A DNA stretch of 58,423 nucleotides from a virus (taxonomy: Duplodnaviria; Caudoviricetes): IMG/VR virus record IMGVR_UViG_3300027822_000013, positions 1-58,423 of that record, one strand, 5' to 3'. The position numbers and the translations under genes were made by a program. The notes beneath the pieces were generated by a model, which saw only the letters and a list, made by a program, of their open reading frames with translations, had not been told where the DNA came from and did no database searches. Positions 1 through 10,357 of the stretch are shown here, piece after piece (within the stretch, counting starts at the first letter, position 1; each line of letters begins with the position of its first letter).

Positions 1-521
1 GAATACATACCACCACCACCACCCGAATTATAACGCCCACCACCACCACCACCCCACATCTCAACCACAGCAACAGCATTTGCTGATGCCCCAGCAGGTT
101 TGAACCAGGTTCCAGAAGCCGTAAAGACATTACGAGATAACACCCCCCCGGCTGCTGGAGGGGGGTTGTTGGGAGAATAACAACGACTAGAACCACCGTC
201 CCAGCAACCAGCATCACCACGAATTTGTCCTGCTGTGTAAACCCATTTATCCCCATAAGCTCTCATATAGGTGGTATCAGACATATACCACCCACCCCCG
301 TAGGACTCCCAGTATAATCCTTTTGATGATGTACCGTTGAATCTGATCCAGTCATTGAAATACTGACTAACTGTGAAGGTGTTACTCACCCCCGCCTGGG
401 CTGAATTATTCTCTAAATCAATACCCCATTGGCGTACATCAGATTTGGGAGGGTTGTGGACCCCACTACTAGGGACCCCATCAACTACATATTGACGAAA
501 AAGTACTGCTGCTGTGGTCAT
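1..521 (-). CDS. Glycine-rich tail fibre protein, N-terminal part (runs off window start; probably continues at 58423)
   Basis: ATG at 521 overlaps the stop of the tail-tip gene (ATGA). Frame reads MTTAAVLFRQYVVDGVPSSGVHNPPKSDVRQWG...VFTASGTWFKPAG...EMWGGGGGG to base 1; FTASGTWxKP followed by poly-Gly is typical of Gly-rich fibre domains. Absent from the ORF track. Confidence 0.75.
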   Translation of the reverse strand, partial: MTTAAVLFRQYVVDGVPSSGVHNPPKSDVRQWGIDLENNSAQAGVSNTFTVSQYFNDWIRFNGTSSKGLYWESYGGGWYMSDTTYMRAYGDKWVYTAGQIRGDAGCWDGGSSRCYSPNNPPPAAGGVLSRNVFTASGTWFKPAGASANAVAVVEMWGGGGGGRYNSGGGGGMY

Positions 522-2287
522 AGTGTAGTTACCTCTGGCGACCAATCAGATACAGCACCACCCCCTGTGACCGTCCTTATCTGACATACATAATCCGGCC
601 CGGTTTCGATTAACTCACTATATGTGGTGGTTTCTCCTGATGATGATGAAGCATATTGCCAAACATCAGAACCCACTTGTTGATATCGAATTTGGAAAGA
701 GTAACTAGCACGAAATTCATCGGCCCAGGTAAATTGTAGGATGTCCCCCGTAACAGTCCCTACGTCACGAGTTTCCTTAGTGACGGTGAAAGTAGAGGGA
801 TAAGTCAAACTCACGTCCTGGATGTCCCCTACAATAGCCGGGGGGTCCCCCTCTTCTGTGGCAGGGTTCCAATCGTCAATCTCACTCGTCAACATAGCAA
901 AATTCACTTCAACAGAAGTGCCCCCAAAAATTCTCAAACTACCTACCCCAAATGAACTTGCTATATCCAATTCGGATAGGTTCAAATCCATCATTGATTC
1001 CCCAACCAATTTTAGACCGTAAAGATTAGTGATCAATGACCCACTCCAATCTGGATTGGCCTTTAGGGTTGCGATCTTTGCTAATCTACGTGCTTGTGAA
1101 TGACTGGGAACATAACCAAATGTTACTGATTCCTCCAGTATCTCACCCCCACGAGCTATTATGTTGTCCTCATTTCTCCAAGCTTCCCCATCAACCAATT
1201 GGTAATCATGATCTGGAGATAAATACTGAATTTTCAAATAGTTGAAAAGACTCAAAACACCAGTATTTTGATTGACATTGTAGGATAGTATATGACCTTG
1301 TTCATCATTAATAGTAACTTCTGGCTGGTAAAACTTACCAACTTTTATAGCTAATTTACCTTCAGGAGTTTCAAATAAATCAGCCCCACAAGTAACTTTC
1401 ATTTTGTCCAATACATCTTTAGGGTCTTCTGAATATTTTCCATGCCGTCCCCAAGCTCTATAGCGTTTTTCACTTAAACCATTTTTTAAAGTGACCCACT
1501 CATCACAGACATCTGCGGCTGCTGCCCAGGAAGTAAGATCGAGAGTGTCGAGGTCAAATTTCATACCCTCGTCAGAGGTTAGATAGTCCATCATCACCAA
1601 CACTGAATTATCACTCCAGTGTCTTGGGTTAGTATTACGGGGGTCCAGTACTAAAGAACCTCTTAAAACAACACGAAGGGTTGGAACCCCGTTATTGAAC
1701 ATGGTTGAGAAGATTTCTGAGGGAACTTCTTCAATCACCATAACTGAATAAGCTATGCCTTTTAATTGATGGCTGCTGGTCCAAACACCAGGCCAGGCAC
1801 CAATCAGTACATCACAAGCAGCCTGATCTTCATGACCTAGATAGCTCACCACCCGGACCTTACTGACCCCCTCGTGTTGATACTTATCGTGAGTAACGTA
1901 CCCTTCAGCATCCAACTCAACCAATTGGTCCCCCAGCCAATATTCCTCAAACCCATCAATAGGTCCAGTACAATGCATAATACCTATGTAGAATTTACCT
2001 TCTGTACTATCGAAAAAGAATAAGTCCCCCCCTACTTTCGCCCTACCATACACTTGCCTACGTTCTGGGTTGGATTGACGAGACAACTGTTGCCCATCAG
2101 CCGGGTCTTGAGATGTACCACCAGTATCTACATCAGGAGTTAAGAGCGAAGATAGGTACATTGAACCCAGAGATAAGGCCCCATACACTACTATGGAACC
2201 AATCACTGCTGCTGTGGCCGCACTAAACCCGATTGAGGCAACAACTGCCGCTACTGCCGCTACTGCTGGAGGCATTTCAACCTCCAC
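518..2287 (-). CDS. Central tail tip / host-specificity J-like protein with C-terminal FN3-like domain
   Basis: Hydrophobic Ala-rich N-terminus, VYGRAKVGG, WSDN and SQARRLAK motifs, C-terminal YVCQIRTV...SDWS; lies after the NlpC-like gene. Confidence 0.85.
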   Translation of the reverse strand: MEVEMPPAVAAVAAVVASIGFSAATAAVIGSIVVYGALSLGSMYLSSLLTPDVDTGGTSQDPADGQQLSRQSNPERRQVYGRAKVGGDLFFFDSTEGKFYIGIMHCTGPIDGFEEYWLGDQLVELDAEGYVTHDKYQHEGVSKVRVVSYLGHEDQAACDVLIGAWPGVWTSSHQLKGIAYSVMVIEEVPSEIFSTMFNNGVPTLRVVLRGSLVLDPRNTNPRHWSDNSVLVMMDYLTSDEGMKFDLDTLDLTSWAAAADVCDEWVTLKNGLSEKRYRAWGRHGKYSEDPKDVLDKMKVTCGADLFETPEGKLAIKVGKFYQPEVTINDEQGHILSYNVNQNTGVLSLFNYLKIQYLSPDHDYQLVDGEAWRNEDNIIARGGEILEESVTFGYVPSHSQARRLAKIATLKANPDWSGSLITNLYGLKLVGESMMDLNLSELDIASSFGVGSLRIFGGTSVEVNFAMLTSEIDDWNPATEEGDPPAIVGDIQDVSLTYPSTFTVTKETRDVGTVTGDILQFTWADEFRASYSFQIRYQQVGSDVWQYASSSSGETTTYSELIETGPDYVCQIRTVTGGGAVSDWSPEVTTL

Positions 2288-2670
2288 GCAAATCGTATGT
2301 TTATAGGACCATACACTGTGTAGCCATTCCCCATGTTTTTAACCGCCCACCCAATCGGGGTCCGCAGAGTCAACGCTGCTCCTACATTAGGCATATCTAT
2401 TACAGCTATATCTCCCAGAGCGTTTCGCCCATACACTCGATCAGCTAGGGGTGGTATTCGATCAGCTAATAAACCCTCCACCCCCTTACTTTTCACTAAT
2501 AATTTCCCACAACCCAGTTCGGTAGTGTAGGTGCCTCGAAGGTCCTTGCCGGGGTCTTCACCCGTATTAAGTTCAATCCAGTCACATACCCACAACCCAC
2601 AATCACACTGTCCCCACTCAAATTCCTTGGTGATTGTGTCTTTTAAAAACTGTTTTAATAATTCGGCCAT
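2260..2670 (-). CDS. NlpC/P60-like tail assembly protein (DUF6950-like)
   Basis: FEWGQCDCGLWVCDW...TGEDP...RGTYTT motif; synteny. Confidence 0.8.
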   Translation of the reverse strand: MAELLKQFLKDTITKEFEWGQCDCGLWVCDWIELNTGEDPGKDLRGTYTTELGCGKLLVKSKGVEGLLADRIPPLADRVYGRNALGDIAVIDMPNVGAALTLRTPIGWAVKNMGNGYTVYGPINIRFAWRLKCLQQ

Positions 2671-3224
2671 GTAACCTCCTTGTTGGCAAGTGAAGCTACC
2701 AACTCCAAACCCCTATCCCCTGGGTAACGAGCTTGTTGATCACGATCAGAAAATCTAGCACGAACTGGTCTACGTCTTCTGACAAACAATCCCTCAGCAG
2801 TTATTGACACCGTTCTCTTCTGGGCTCCTTGCCCTCGAAATCGAACTTGGTCCATAGTGCCGGCCCACAACTGAAAATAGTTGCCAACAGGTTTTTCTTC
2901 ATCCAATACTTGACCATAAACCTTAATACTGCGATTTGAGATTTCAGCAGCAGCATTTTTGGCCAACTGAACAATTTGAGTATCAACACCACTCAAGGAA
3001 AATTCTGATTGATCAGCAGCACCATCCATTGACCTACTCAGATCACTTACTTGGAGGAAGGTACCCAAGCCAAGCCATTGGTGATTGTCTTCAGTCATCA
3101 AAGTACCCGCTCCATCCCAAACCCTCATAGGTTGAGAAAGAAAATCAGCATAGATCAACCCAGCAAACTGAATTGTTTCTGCTTGCAGTATCCCATCTAT
3201 CTCTATGTTGGAAAAAAAGTTCAT
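2655..3224 (-). CDS. Minor tail / baseplate hub protein
   Basis: WLGLG and FSDRDQQARYPGDRGLE motifs; position between distal-tail and NlpC genes. Confidence 0.75.
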   Translation of the reverse strand: MNFFSNIEIDGILQAETIQFAGLIYADFLSQPMRVWDGAGTLMTEDNHQWLGLGTFLQVSDLSRSMDGAADQSEFSLSGVDTQIVQLAKNAAAEISNRSIKVYGQVLDEEKPVGNYFQLWAGTMDQVRFRGQGAQKRTVSITAEGLFVRRRRPVRARFSDRDQQARYPGDRGLELVASLANKEVTWPNY

Positions 3225-3901
3225 GTCAATTCTCTCCTGTCCAACACTTCGTGAACCTTAATTACCTGTGTGCCGCCCCGGCCTTGCTGTATGGTGCCTG
3301 TAATTTTTGGTTCTATCTTGACTATTACTTGGGGGTAAAAACTTATAACATCCCCTGGTTGTGCTGCTTCTCTTAAACCAGGTCTAATATCAATCACGTT
3401 TGAGGAAACCCCCACTATGGTATGACCCCAATTGTTGATAGAAATATAACCCCCCGGTTGAATAGGTCTAACTACTGACGATAAATCAAGGGCCACTAAA
3501 CGGTCATGTTGTTCAGCAGCCAGGGCCACTTGGACTTCTGGGAACATAGAAAAAACAGAACCATCATCAAAAATACCTCCATCACCAAAGGTGGAAAATT
3601 CCTGGGTGGAATCAAATAAATACCTATGACTGTGGTGGTAAAGATCAAACATCTCCATAAGAGCAAATGATGAGTGATCCTTCAAACGGTTAATGACTGA
3701 TCTCCAGGCTGGAATAGTGTTTGAACCTTGACCCCCAAGTTCAAAGTTCAACGAAGCTTCCCATCTCCCTGCTCCAGAACTTACCGTTTGTTCGTAACCG
3801 TTGGTCGCCACTCCCCCTGACCGCAACCGGGGGTTGTATTGCCAATCTGGGTCTTTGGGTCGCAATAATTCATTGGGCCAGTTAAAAAGCTGAATCGTCA
3901 T
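3221..3901 (-). CDS. Distal tail protein (putative)
   Basis: Immediately downstream of tape measure; GxEQ...GRW and IRPGLR motifs seen in alphaproteobacterial phage tail modules. Confidence 0.6.
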   Translation of the reverse strand: MTIQLFNWPNELLRPKDPDWQYNPRLRSGGVATNGYEQTVSSGAGRWEASLNFELGGQGSNTIPAWRSVINRLKDHSSFALMEMFDLYHHSHRYLFDSTQEFSTFGDGGIFDDGSVFSMFPEVQVALAAEQHDRLVALDLSSVVRPIQPGGYISINNWGHTIVGVSSNVIDIRPGLREAAQPGDVISFYPQVIVKIEPKITGTIQQGRGGTQVIKVHEVLDRRELT

Positions 3902-6468
3902 CCTCTGCGCCTTTCAGCTTCCTTTACTAGGTCATAAACTTTTTTGTTATTCTCAACCAAAGCTTGTTGTACGACTTCCTCTATATTACCAGAACCACCA
4001 CCCTCAAAATGGTTATTGTACGTCACACTTATATTTGTTTGTTTACTGTTACCCCCTCCTGCTGCTTGTACCCCTAGTTTTCCGTTCTTACCGCGAGTAA
4101 GGGGTAGTATTGCTTCAGGTCCTGCTTCACCCATAAGGCCCAACCCACCGCCATGCCCAAAGAATGTTGGGGTATCAACAACACCCCCTGAAGCATAAGC
4201 GGTGAGAGGCCCAGAGGGACCGATGACACCCCCCTGTGCAAACGGGATGAAGCTAACAGCCTGAAGGAGTGCCCGCCTCATCAGCACTTTCGCCAAATCT
4301 GCTAACACAGAAGCAAGAACCTGCTTAAGACCTTGTAAGCTGATCTTACCTTCTTCAACCATGGAGGCCATGGCATCACTGATTTTACCGAACGACGAAG
4401 TCAACCAATTAGATACTTCCTGTCCAAAATTCTGGGTCATCTGATTCAGTTCAATAAGTCCTAATTTCAAACCATCAAATAAATTCCCCTGTCCTAAACC
4501 CACTTTCTGTAGATTAAGTAATTCTTGATTGTACTCTTTGAGAGAAACCTGACCCTCATCCAATAGCTGATTAAGAGCTTGCTGGTCAACCAATCTTCTA
4601 TTGTCAGCCCCTCTAAGTTTCTCCAAGATTTTATCCTTGGCTGTAAGAACCTCTAAATCTGCCACAGCACCTTTCAATGCTTCCTCTAGAACAGCAGCTT
4701 TTTCATCAGACAGCTCTATGCCTTGTTCCAGTAATTTATTCTCCAGTCTCCAGAACTCTAAAGCTGCTTGACGTTCAGTGGGGTCTATGTCAAATAGATC
4801 AATCCTTTCCTGATACTTTTTTATCAGGGCATCTACATCAAAATCAGCTGTCTTAGGTGCTCTTTGAAGACTCAATTTATTGGGGTCCTCAAAAGGTTCA
4901 TCCCCTATTTCCAACCCACGAGTCAAAGCAGCAACGATGTCATTGCCTTCCTTCTTCAATCTGTTACGTTCATTGGCCCGTTTGAGCAATTCAGCAAAGA
5001 TACTTCCGTTATTACTCAAATCACGTTTAAGGGCTACCCAAAACGAACCTAGCATGGCTCCTAAGCCATCCCCCTCTCTCAGGGCACCGTTGATGTGTTC
5101 ATCAATTGCATCCCCCGCCCCTCTCGCCCCGTCCTTAATAGCAACCCAAGCTTCATCCATGACATCCCTAAGAGTGGTACCTTGGTTGGTGGACAACACC
5201 ACACTTTCACCAAACCCGTGAACAGCAGCCACCACAGCCGGGATGGCGACCAATAAAGCTGTGAAGGGGTTGGAAAGAGCCAAAGCTGCCAAAGCTAATC
5301 CTGCTCTGTAAGCAGCTCTAACGAGAGTACCAGCCAACAAAGCTGCAAGGGAATAAATAACGGGCAGCAGGGATTCAGCATTAGCTGCTACTGTGGCCAA
5401 TACATCAGCCAAACCCCACATCATATCGGTCAAACCACGTTCCAACCCTAAATCCCCTAGGGACAACACCAATTCCTGGGCACGAGATTGAACAGACAGT
5501 ATTGCCCCGTTAAGATTATCGTTCATTTCACGAGCAACTCTGTTGGCATAACCCCCAACAGAATTCATTGCTTCACCCAATCTCCTCATTTTGGGGATTG
5601 CGTCAATCAAAACCAGAGCTGCGTTACCACCACGAGCTTCAAACAGCTTGAAGGTATCAGCCACCGATATATTTTTATCAGCTAAGGTTTGGAGTACAGG
5701 CAACAAACCTCTAGTGGATACATCTACATCACCAAGAGTTAACCCTAACTTTTTCAATACTCTTGTGGTGTTGTTAGTGGGGTTCAACAGCTTCAAGAAA
5801 AACTGTCTCAAACCAGTACCAGCCATGTCAGCCTGAAGACCGGCATCAGAGAGAACCCCGATGGCTGCTGAAGTTTCCCTCACACTCAATCCCAGTGCAT
5901 GAGACACAGGTGCTGCAAACTTCATTGCCTGACCTAATTGATCAACATTGGTGTTGGCATTATTGGCTGTAAAAGCCATCACATCGACATAATCTGAAGT
6001 TTGGGAGGCAGAAGCCCCAAACGTAATCATCACGTTGGAAACAATGTCTGCAGCCCGCCCCAGACCCAGTGCCCCGGCTTGAGCAAGAGTCAGGGTGGAT
6101 GATGTTGATTTAAGGATTTGTTGGGTATTAAAACCTGCCCGTCCCAAAAAACTCATACCTTCAGCAGCATTAGTAGCTGTGAACCGAGTGGTGGCCCCTA
6201 ATCGCCGCGCTTCCTCCCGTAGTGATTGAAAAACACTTCCGGTTGAATTAGTTATGGCTTTAACAGTGGACATTTCTTGCCCAAAGTTACGCAACACATT
6301 GATGCTTTGAAATACGGCTTGCCCAAGGGAAATAGCAGATAGGGCTGATCTAAGAGACAATACGTGAGTACGAGCCTGAGATGCAGCCCGACCAATGTTG
6401 GTTACGTCTTTACGTACCTTACCAGCCCCGGTCTGCCTAACTCTTACATTGATTTCGCGTGTGGCCAT
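3898..6468 (-). CDS. Tail tape measure protein (TP901-family core)
   Basis: 856 aa, LGATTRFTA...AGTGLR core, hydrophobic middle segment, C-terminal GLMGEAGPEAILPL. Confidence 0.95.
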   Translation of the reverse strand: MATREINVRVRQTGAGKVRKDVTNIGRAASQARTHVLSLRSALSAISLGQAVFQSINVLRNFGQEMSTVKAITNSTGSVFQSLREEARRLGATTRFTATNAAEGMSFLGRAGFNTQQILKSTSSTLTLAQAGALGLGRAADIVSNVMITFGASASQTSDYVDVMAFTANNANTNVDQLGQAMKFAAPVSHALGLSVRETSAAIGVLSDAGLQADMAGTGLRQFFLKLLNPTNNTTRVLKKLGLTLGDVDVSTRGLLPVLQTLADKNISVADTFKLFEARGGNAALVLIDAIPKMRRLGEAMNSVGGYANRVAREMNDNLNGAILSVQSRAQELVLSLGDLGLERGLTDMMWGLADVLATVAANAESLLPVIYSLAALLAGTLVRAAYRAGLALAALALSNPFTALLVAIPAVVAAVHGFGESVVLSTNQGTTLRDVMDEAWVAIKDGARGAGDAIDEHINGALREGDGLGAMLGSFWVALKRDLSNNGSIFAELLKRANERNRLKKEGNDIVAALTRGLEIGDEPFEDPNKLSLQRAPKTADFDVDALIKKYQERIDLFDIDPTERQAALEFWRLENKLLEQGIELSDEKAAVLEEALKGAVADLEVLTAKDKILEKLRGADNRRLVDQQALNQLLDEGQVSLKEYNQELLNLQKVGLGQGNLFDGLKLGLIELNQMTQNFGQEVSNWLTSSFGKISDAMASMVEEGKISLQGLKQVLASVLADLAKVLMRRALLQAVSFIPFAQGGVIGPSGPLTAYASGGVVDTPTFFGHGGGLGLMGEAGPEAILPLTRGKNGKLGVQAAGGGNSKQTNISVTYNNHFEGGGSGNIEEVVQQALVENNKKVYDLVKEAERRRG

Positions 6469-6872
6469 CAGACTATATGTGCTCCATCAATCGCATCAAT
6501 CGCTTCATGAAGAGCGATTTCCACAAACCCCGCTGGTGCTTGGGCTGATGACCCTTCGTTCAATTTCCCTATATAAGCAAGATTGTTGGTAATGTAGATA
6601 GCGTTAGTGTGGGAACCGTATTGATCTATAACAGCTTTGGATTCAACCAAAACCTGTTCAAAATCAGTACGTTCATGAGAGGTTTTTGTACGAGTGTTGA
6701 GGGTGACTGTCCAGTTAGCTCTAGCACGTCCTGTATCTACGGGGGTGGCCATAACAACTGTCTGGTCAATTCCAGTAGCGATTTGTTTCATCAAGGTATT
6801 GACGTTGGTTTCTATTTCGTCAACTAAGACATTAATCTCCCTGCTGAAGTCTTCTAAGTCCATTGTCCACAC
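6468..6872 (-). CDS. HK97 gp10-like tail completion protein
   Basis: TPVDTGRARANW and NNLAYIGKLNEGSSAQAPAGFV motifs; true start may be ATG at 6863. Confidence 0.85.
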   Translation of the reverse strand: MWTMDLEDFSREINVLVDEIETNVNTLMKQIATGIDQTVVMATPVDTGRARANWTVTLNTRTKTSHERTDFEQVLVESKAVIDQYGSHTNAIYITNNLAYIGKLNEGSSAQAPAGFVEIALHEAIDAIDGAHIV

Positions 6873-7143
6873 CCCTGATGACCTTCACAAAATAGTCAAA
6901 TTCAAATCCCTCAATGCAGTGTCTTAGAGCATATTCGTTGATGGCTGTCCATGGAATCATTCCCACTTCCATCCCCACAGGTCTGCAAGTTTCCAATTCA
7001 TAATAAGCCACCAAATAGATTTCAAGAAACTCTGCCAATTGAGGGGCGTTAGTTATCCCATCAGGAATAGGTTGGCCCCTCTTTATGGCTGCTGATACTA
7101 TTGTTTCTTCAAATTCAAACTTTTCCCGGTGATACTCGATCAC
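6832..7143 (-). CDS. Tail assembly chaperone, GT-like frameshift extension
   Basis: In the -1 frame of the upstream chaperone; IPWTAINEYA motif. Confidence 0.75.
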   Translation of the reverse strand: MIEYHREKFEFEETIVSAAIKRGQPIPDGITNAPQLAEFLEIYLVAYYELETCRPVGMEVGMIPWTAINEYALRHCIEGFEFDYFVKVIRGVDNGLRRLQQGD

Positions 7144-7148
7144 CTCAA

Positions 7149-7568
7149 TCAGTTTTTTACGTCATCCCCCACCGTTTGGAATGATTCCCTGGCTGAAGCA
7201 TATTGCATAACTTCAACGAGAATATCAATGGCAGTCAAAAACTTCACCACGTTTTCTTCATTAAAACTCAGAGGTGATGTCTCATCATCTGGGTCAGGCA
7301 TTTGACCCTCACCGAATTTATTCGATCCCCACCCAATCACCACAGCTTCAGCAACGGCTTCAGCCATGATCTTTTGTTCCACCTCGTAAGGGATGGTCCC
7401 GCTTTGAATAGCTGATTGGTAGGGACGTGTACGCCGGGTCAAAGATTGTTTGTAACGGTTATTTGAACCCCCTGCCCTAAGAACAGTCAACCAAAACTCA
7501 CCAAAGTTCAGTTTGACCCCCTCTTTTTCCGCATCATGGTCCACTCTATATTGATCAAAGATACCCAT
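7149..7568 (-). CDS. Tail assembly chaperone (G-like)
   Basis: Between tail tube and tape measure; RAGGSNNRY motif; ends in a slippery heptamer. Confidence 0.8.
   Translation of the reverse strand: MGIFDQYRVDHDAEKEGVKLNFGEFWLTVLRAGGSNNRYKQSLTRRTRPYQSAIQSGTIPYEVEQKIMAEAVAEAVVIGWGSNKFGEGQMPDPDDETSPLSFNEENVVKFLTAIDILVEVMQYASARESFQTVGDDVKN
7152..7158 (-). other. -1 programmed ribosomal frameshift site A AAA AAC
   Basis: X XXY YYZ heptamer directly before the TGA; the -1 frame reads L-I-E-V into ORF 6832..7143. Confidence 0.85.
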
Positions 7569-7586
7569 TTTGATTCTCCTGTTAAA

Positions 7587-9050
7587 TTAACTTGATGCTG
7601 ATGTTGGTAAGTGAAAAAACCTCTGAATCAACAGTGTGTACCCTAGAGTGGTGTGCTCTGAAGCATCCCCTGATAAAGGCAACATCACTGGTTGATCCTT
7701 TTCAATTTTTGGTTTGCCGTTACCCAAAGAAACGAGGGGAATATCAAACAACCATCCCCCGTTCTTCTTCACAATAGCAAAATCCAACGAGACATCATCA
7801 TTGTCTCGAATAGCATGGACTGCACCAAATGTTGCGAAATAGGCTTCAATAGTTCCGCTCACTGCAAAATCACCCAGGGCCACATCAAAATTACCCAAGG
7901 TGGAAATCGCCTTCAGGGGCGTCAACCCGTTGTCAATGGTCAGTGTGTAATCTGATATATAAGAGGCCATAGTGCTTTGGGTCTCTTCATCCTGAAGGCG
8001 AATACGGGAAAAGTCATTAGAGGCATTGAACATATCCTCTTGAACCGGATCAGGTCTGGTACCTGATTTTTCAGCTACCTGGTCTGAGTGGTTACGACCA
8101 ACAAAATCCATGTTGATCGTCAATTTTTCCGATTTGGTGACTTTTAATTCAAGTTTGTTGGGGATACAACCATCAGTGTATTCAAACCCAGCGTCACCAA
8201 AAGGACGCTCAAACTGGTAAGAATGACACTTCTGTAAAAGTCGGTCTTTCTCGTTCTTGATCACACTTCCAACAAAAATCTCAATGGATTTACCCGCCCC
8301 GGTATCATCAACCATGACGTTAGGTTGACGATCAAGAACAATGGAATTAGCAACCACCGACTTTACACGAGCAAAACCGTTATTGACCTCACTGGTAAAT
8401 TTATTCGGTGTTTGGTCCCCTCCAAGGAAAACCCACTCACCTGGGATGATTCCCAAAGTGGTGAAATCAAACGAAGTGGATTCAATAGTTGCAATCCCTG
8501 ATGCCACGCTGATTTCAATATCCCCCGCTTCAGCGCGTACTCCCACTTTTTGTATTTGGGCCCCGGTTGGTGGGGAAGTTTCCACCGCCAATCCAGGAAC
8601 CGAAACGGACCCTGCTGCTACAGCAGAAACGAGCTTAACCCCGTTGTTGGCGTCGTTGAAAAATCCCGATGCTTTAATTAAATCACCCACCTCAAACCCT
8701 GTCACGTTGGTGGAATAGGATTCAATGGAGACAGTAGTTGGTTCAGCTTTTATTTTTTCATACCAATTGGAGTACATGAAACCCTCTATGAGGGGGTAAA
8801 GGGAAGTCTCAACAAAGTCCGTTTCAAACCCGGCACTGATATCCTTATCAACGATACCCCCTTTGCGGCGTTGTCGTCCCGCATTGATTGGGGTACGAGA
8901 AATTGATTTATACTCTGCCCCAAAGTCACCATAGGAATTGGGGTCAAGCGGCATCCATTCAGGAGTGTCAGGTAACACTCCTGGTGAAGTTTCCCGTGCT
9001 ACACGAAGTCCAACGATATTACTGTCAATTGAGGTTCCTGAACAACCCAT
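7587..9050 (-). CDS. Major tail tube protein
   Basis: DSNIVGLRVARETSPG, LDPNSYGDFG and VSGTIEAYF motifs; synteny. Confidence 0.85.
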   Translation of the reverse strand: MGCSGTSIDSNIVGLRVARETSPGVLPDTPEWMPLDPNSYGDFGAEYKSISRTPINAGRQRRKGGIVDKDISAGFETDFVETSLYPLIEGFMYSNWYEKIKAEPTTVSIESYSTNVTGFEVGDLIKASGFFNDANNGVKLVSAVAAGSVSVPGLAVETSPPTGAQIQKVGVRAEAGDIEISVASGIATIESTSFDFTTLGIIPGEWVFLGGDQTPNKFTSEVNNGFARVKSVVANSIVLDRQPNVMVDDTGAGKSIEIFVGSVIKNEKDRLLQKCHSYQFERPFGDAGFEYTDGCIPNKLELKVTKSEKLTINMDFVGRNHSDQVAEKSGTRPDPVQEDMFNASNDFSRIRLQDEETQSTMASYISDYTLTIDNGLTPLKAISTLGNFDVALGDFAVSGTIEAYFATFGAVHAIRDNDDVSLDFAIVKKNGGWLFDIPLVSLGNGKPKIEKDQPVMLPLSGDASEHTTLGYTLLIQRFFHLPTSASS

Positions 9051-9051
9051 T

Positions 9052-9492
9052 TTATTCTACTCCACAATATTCAAATTGAATTGTCACATTGGTCTGATAC
9101 CATGAACCGTCAGTTCCAATTTCTCTTGCTTCTGTTTTGGTGAAAGTTACATTATCAGTACTTTTACCCCTGGTGGCCCCAACCAATACGTTGACCATAA
9201 AATCATTGACCTGAACACCACTCTTTTTCGGACCAAATAGCTGCACTATTACATAGCCTTTTTGAATGTATTTTCTTTTACCGTTTTGCGAGCCTAGTGT
9301 ATATTGATTATTAGTTGTATGTCTGAGTGTTAATCTCGCCCAAGGGACAAGCTTTGATACCTCATCAACTTTGTTTGGTTTCGATACTTCTGTGGTGGTT
9401 TCAAACAGCATTTCACAAGCCAGGGTGGTTGGGTCGTTTCTCCAAGCATGGTGTATATGGTGTAAAATTTCCTTACGCATGTCTCCATTCAT
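9052..9492 (-). CDS. Tail terminator protein
   Basis: PWARLTLRH, GYVIVQLF and WYQTNVTIQFEY motifs; synteny. Confidence 0.75.
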   Translation of the reverse strand: MNGDMRKEILHHIHHAWRNDPTTLACEMLFETTTEVSKPNKVDEVSKLVPWARLTLRHTTNNQYTLGSQNGKRKYIQKGYVIVQLFGPKKSGVQVNDFMVNVLVGATRGKSTDNVTFTKTEAREIGTDGSWYQTNVTIQFEYCGVE

Positions 9493-9875
9493 AAAGTCAA
9501 CCCCAATATGTACATAATTCTAACAGTCCCCGGCTCTAATACTTTGACCCCCTTAATTGCCCACCTTGTATCCCCGTCCTGTACTCCTGAAAATTCCTCA
9601 AGCTTATTATCCCCTACTGATAAAGCAGAAACAAGGCACATTTTTTGACCGTCTGGTAAATCTGTTAAATTATATTGTTCCCCCAAAGTACGACTATCTG
9701 CGAACACCCCTTTTACGGTGATTTTGGTAGCATACTCATCTGACTCTGACTCATCATCCCCCGCCCAGGGTTCCCATTCTTTTCTTCTATCAGCAGGTTT
9801 AATTACAGTAATTTCCCGACCATTTTTGTTGATTTGGGTGTGAGCTGTGGTGGCTGCTCTTACATAATCAACCAT
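9489..9875 (-). CDS. Head closure / stopper protein
   Basis: Size and synteny; DY...A...I...G N-terminus, VLEPG C-terminus. Confidence 0.65.
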   Translation of the reverse strand: MVDYVRAATTAHTQINKNGREITVIKPADRRKEWEPWAGDDESESDEYATKITVKGVFADSRTLGEQYNLTDLPDGQKMCLVSALSVGDNKLEEFSGVQDGDTRWAIKGVKVLEPGTVRIMYILGLTL

Positions 9876-10357
9876 TACCGATACACCCCAATTGTTTCCT
9901 GTATGTAGGGGGTTAGTAACATATCTGCTTGAGGGTAAGACTTGAAGGGAGAACTGTTGATACCGTTTCGCCCATATTCAATTTCTTCTTCAATGGGACC
10001 TACTTTTTCCCGGCGTTTTATGATAGCCCCCTCCCCCATATCAGGATCAGGCACCAGTGGTGATTCAACTTCCCGTAAAGCATATTCAGCAATAGCATTT
10101 TTAAATGCTACCGGCAAGCCTAATTCTGTGCGAGGAAAGGCTAATGCTTGGGTGGTGGTTAAGGGGTCCCCTATGAACTGATCTCTCCACCTCCTGTCCA
10201 CGTAATCAGTTGCTTTAACCAAAGCAGCCACCTTGAGGGCCTCATCTGTTAGGTTTACCCAAACAGAATTAGCCCTCAAGGTGTGGTAAATGTCAGCAAA
10301 TTCAATACTGATATATGATTGGGCCCCGGTCAACCCGGTGCCGTCTTCAACTATCAT
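9875..10357 (-). CDS. Head-tail adaptor (DnaT-like ssDNA-binding family annotation)
   Basis: IVEDGTG..GAQSY, ATDYVD, QALAFPR and REKVGPIEEE motifs. Confidence 0.85.
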   Translation of the reverse strand: MIVEDGTGLTGAQSYISIEFADIYHTLRANSVWVNLTDEALKVAALVKATDYVDRRWRDQFIGDPLTTTQALAFPRTELGLPVAFKNAIAEYALREVESPLVPDPDMGEGAIIKRREKVGPIEEEIEYGRNGINSSPFKSYPQADMLLTPYIQETIGVYR

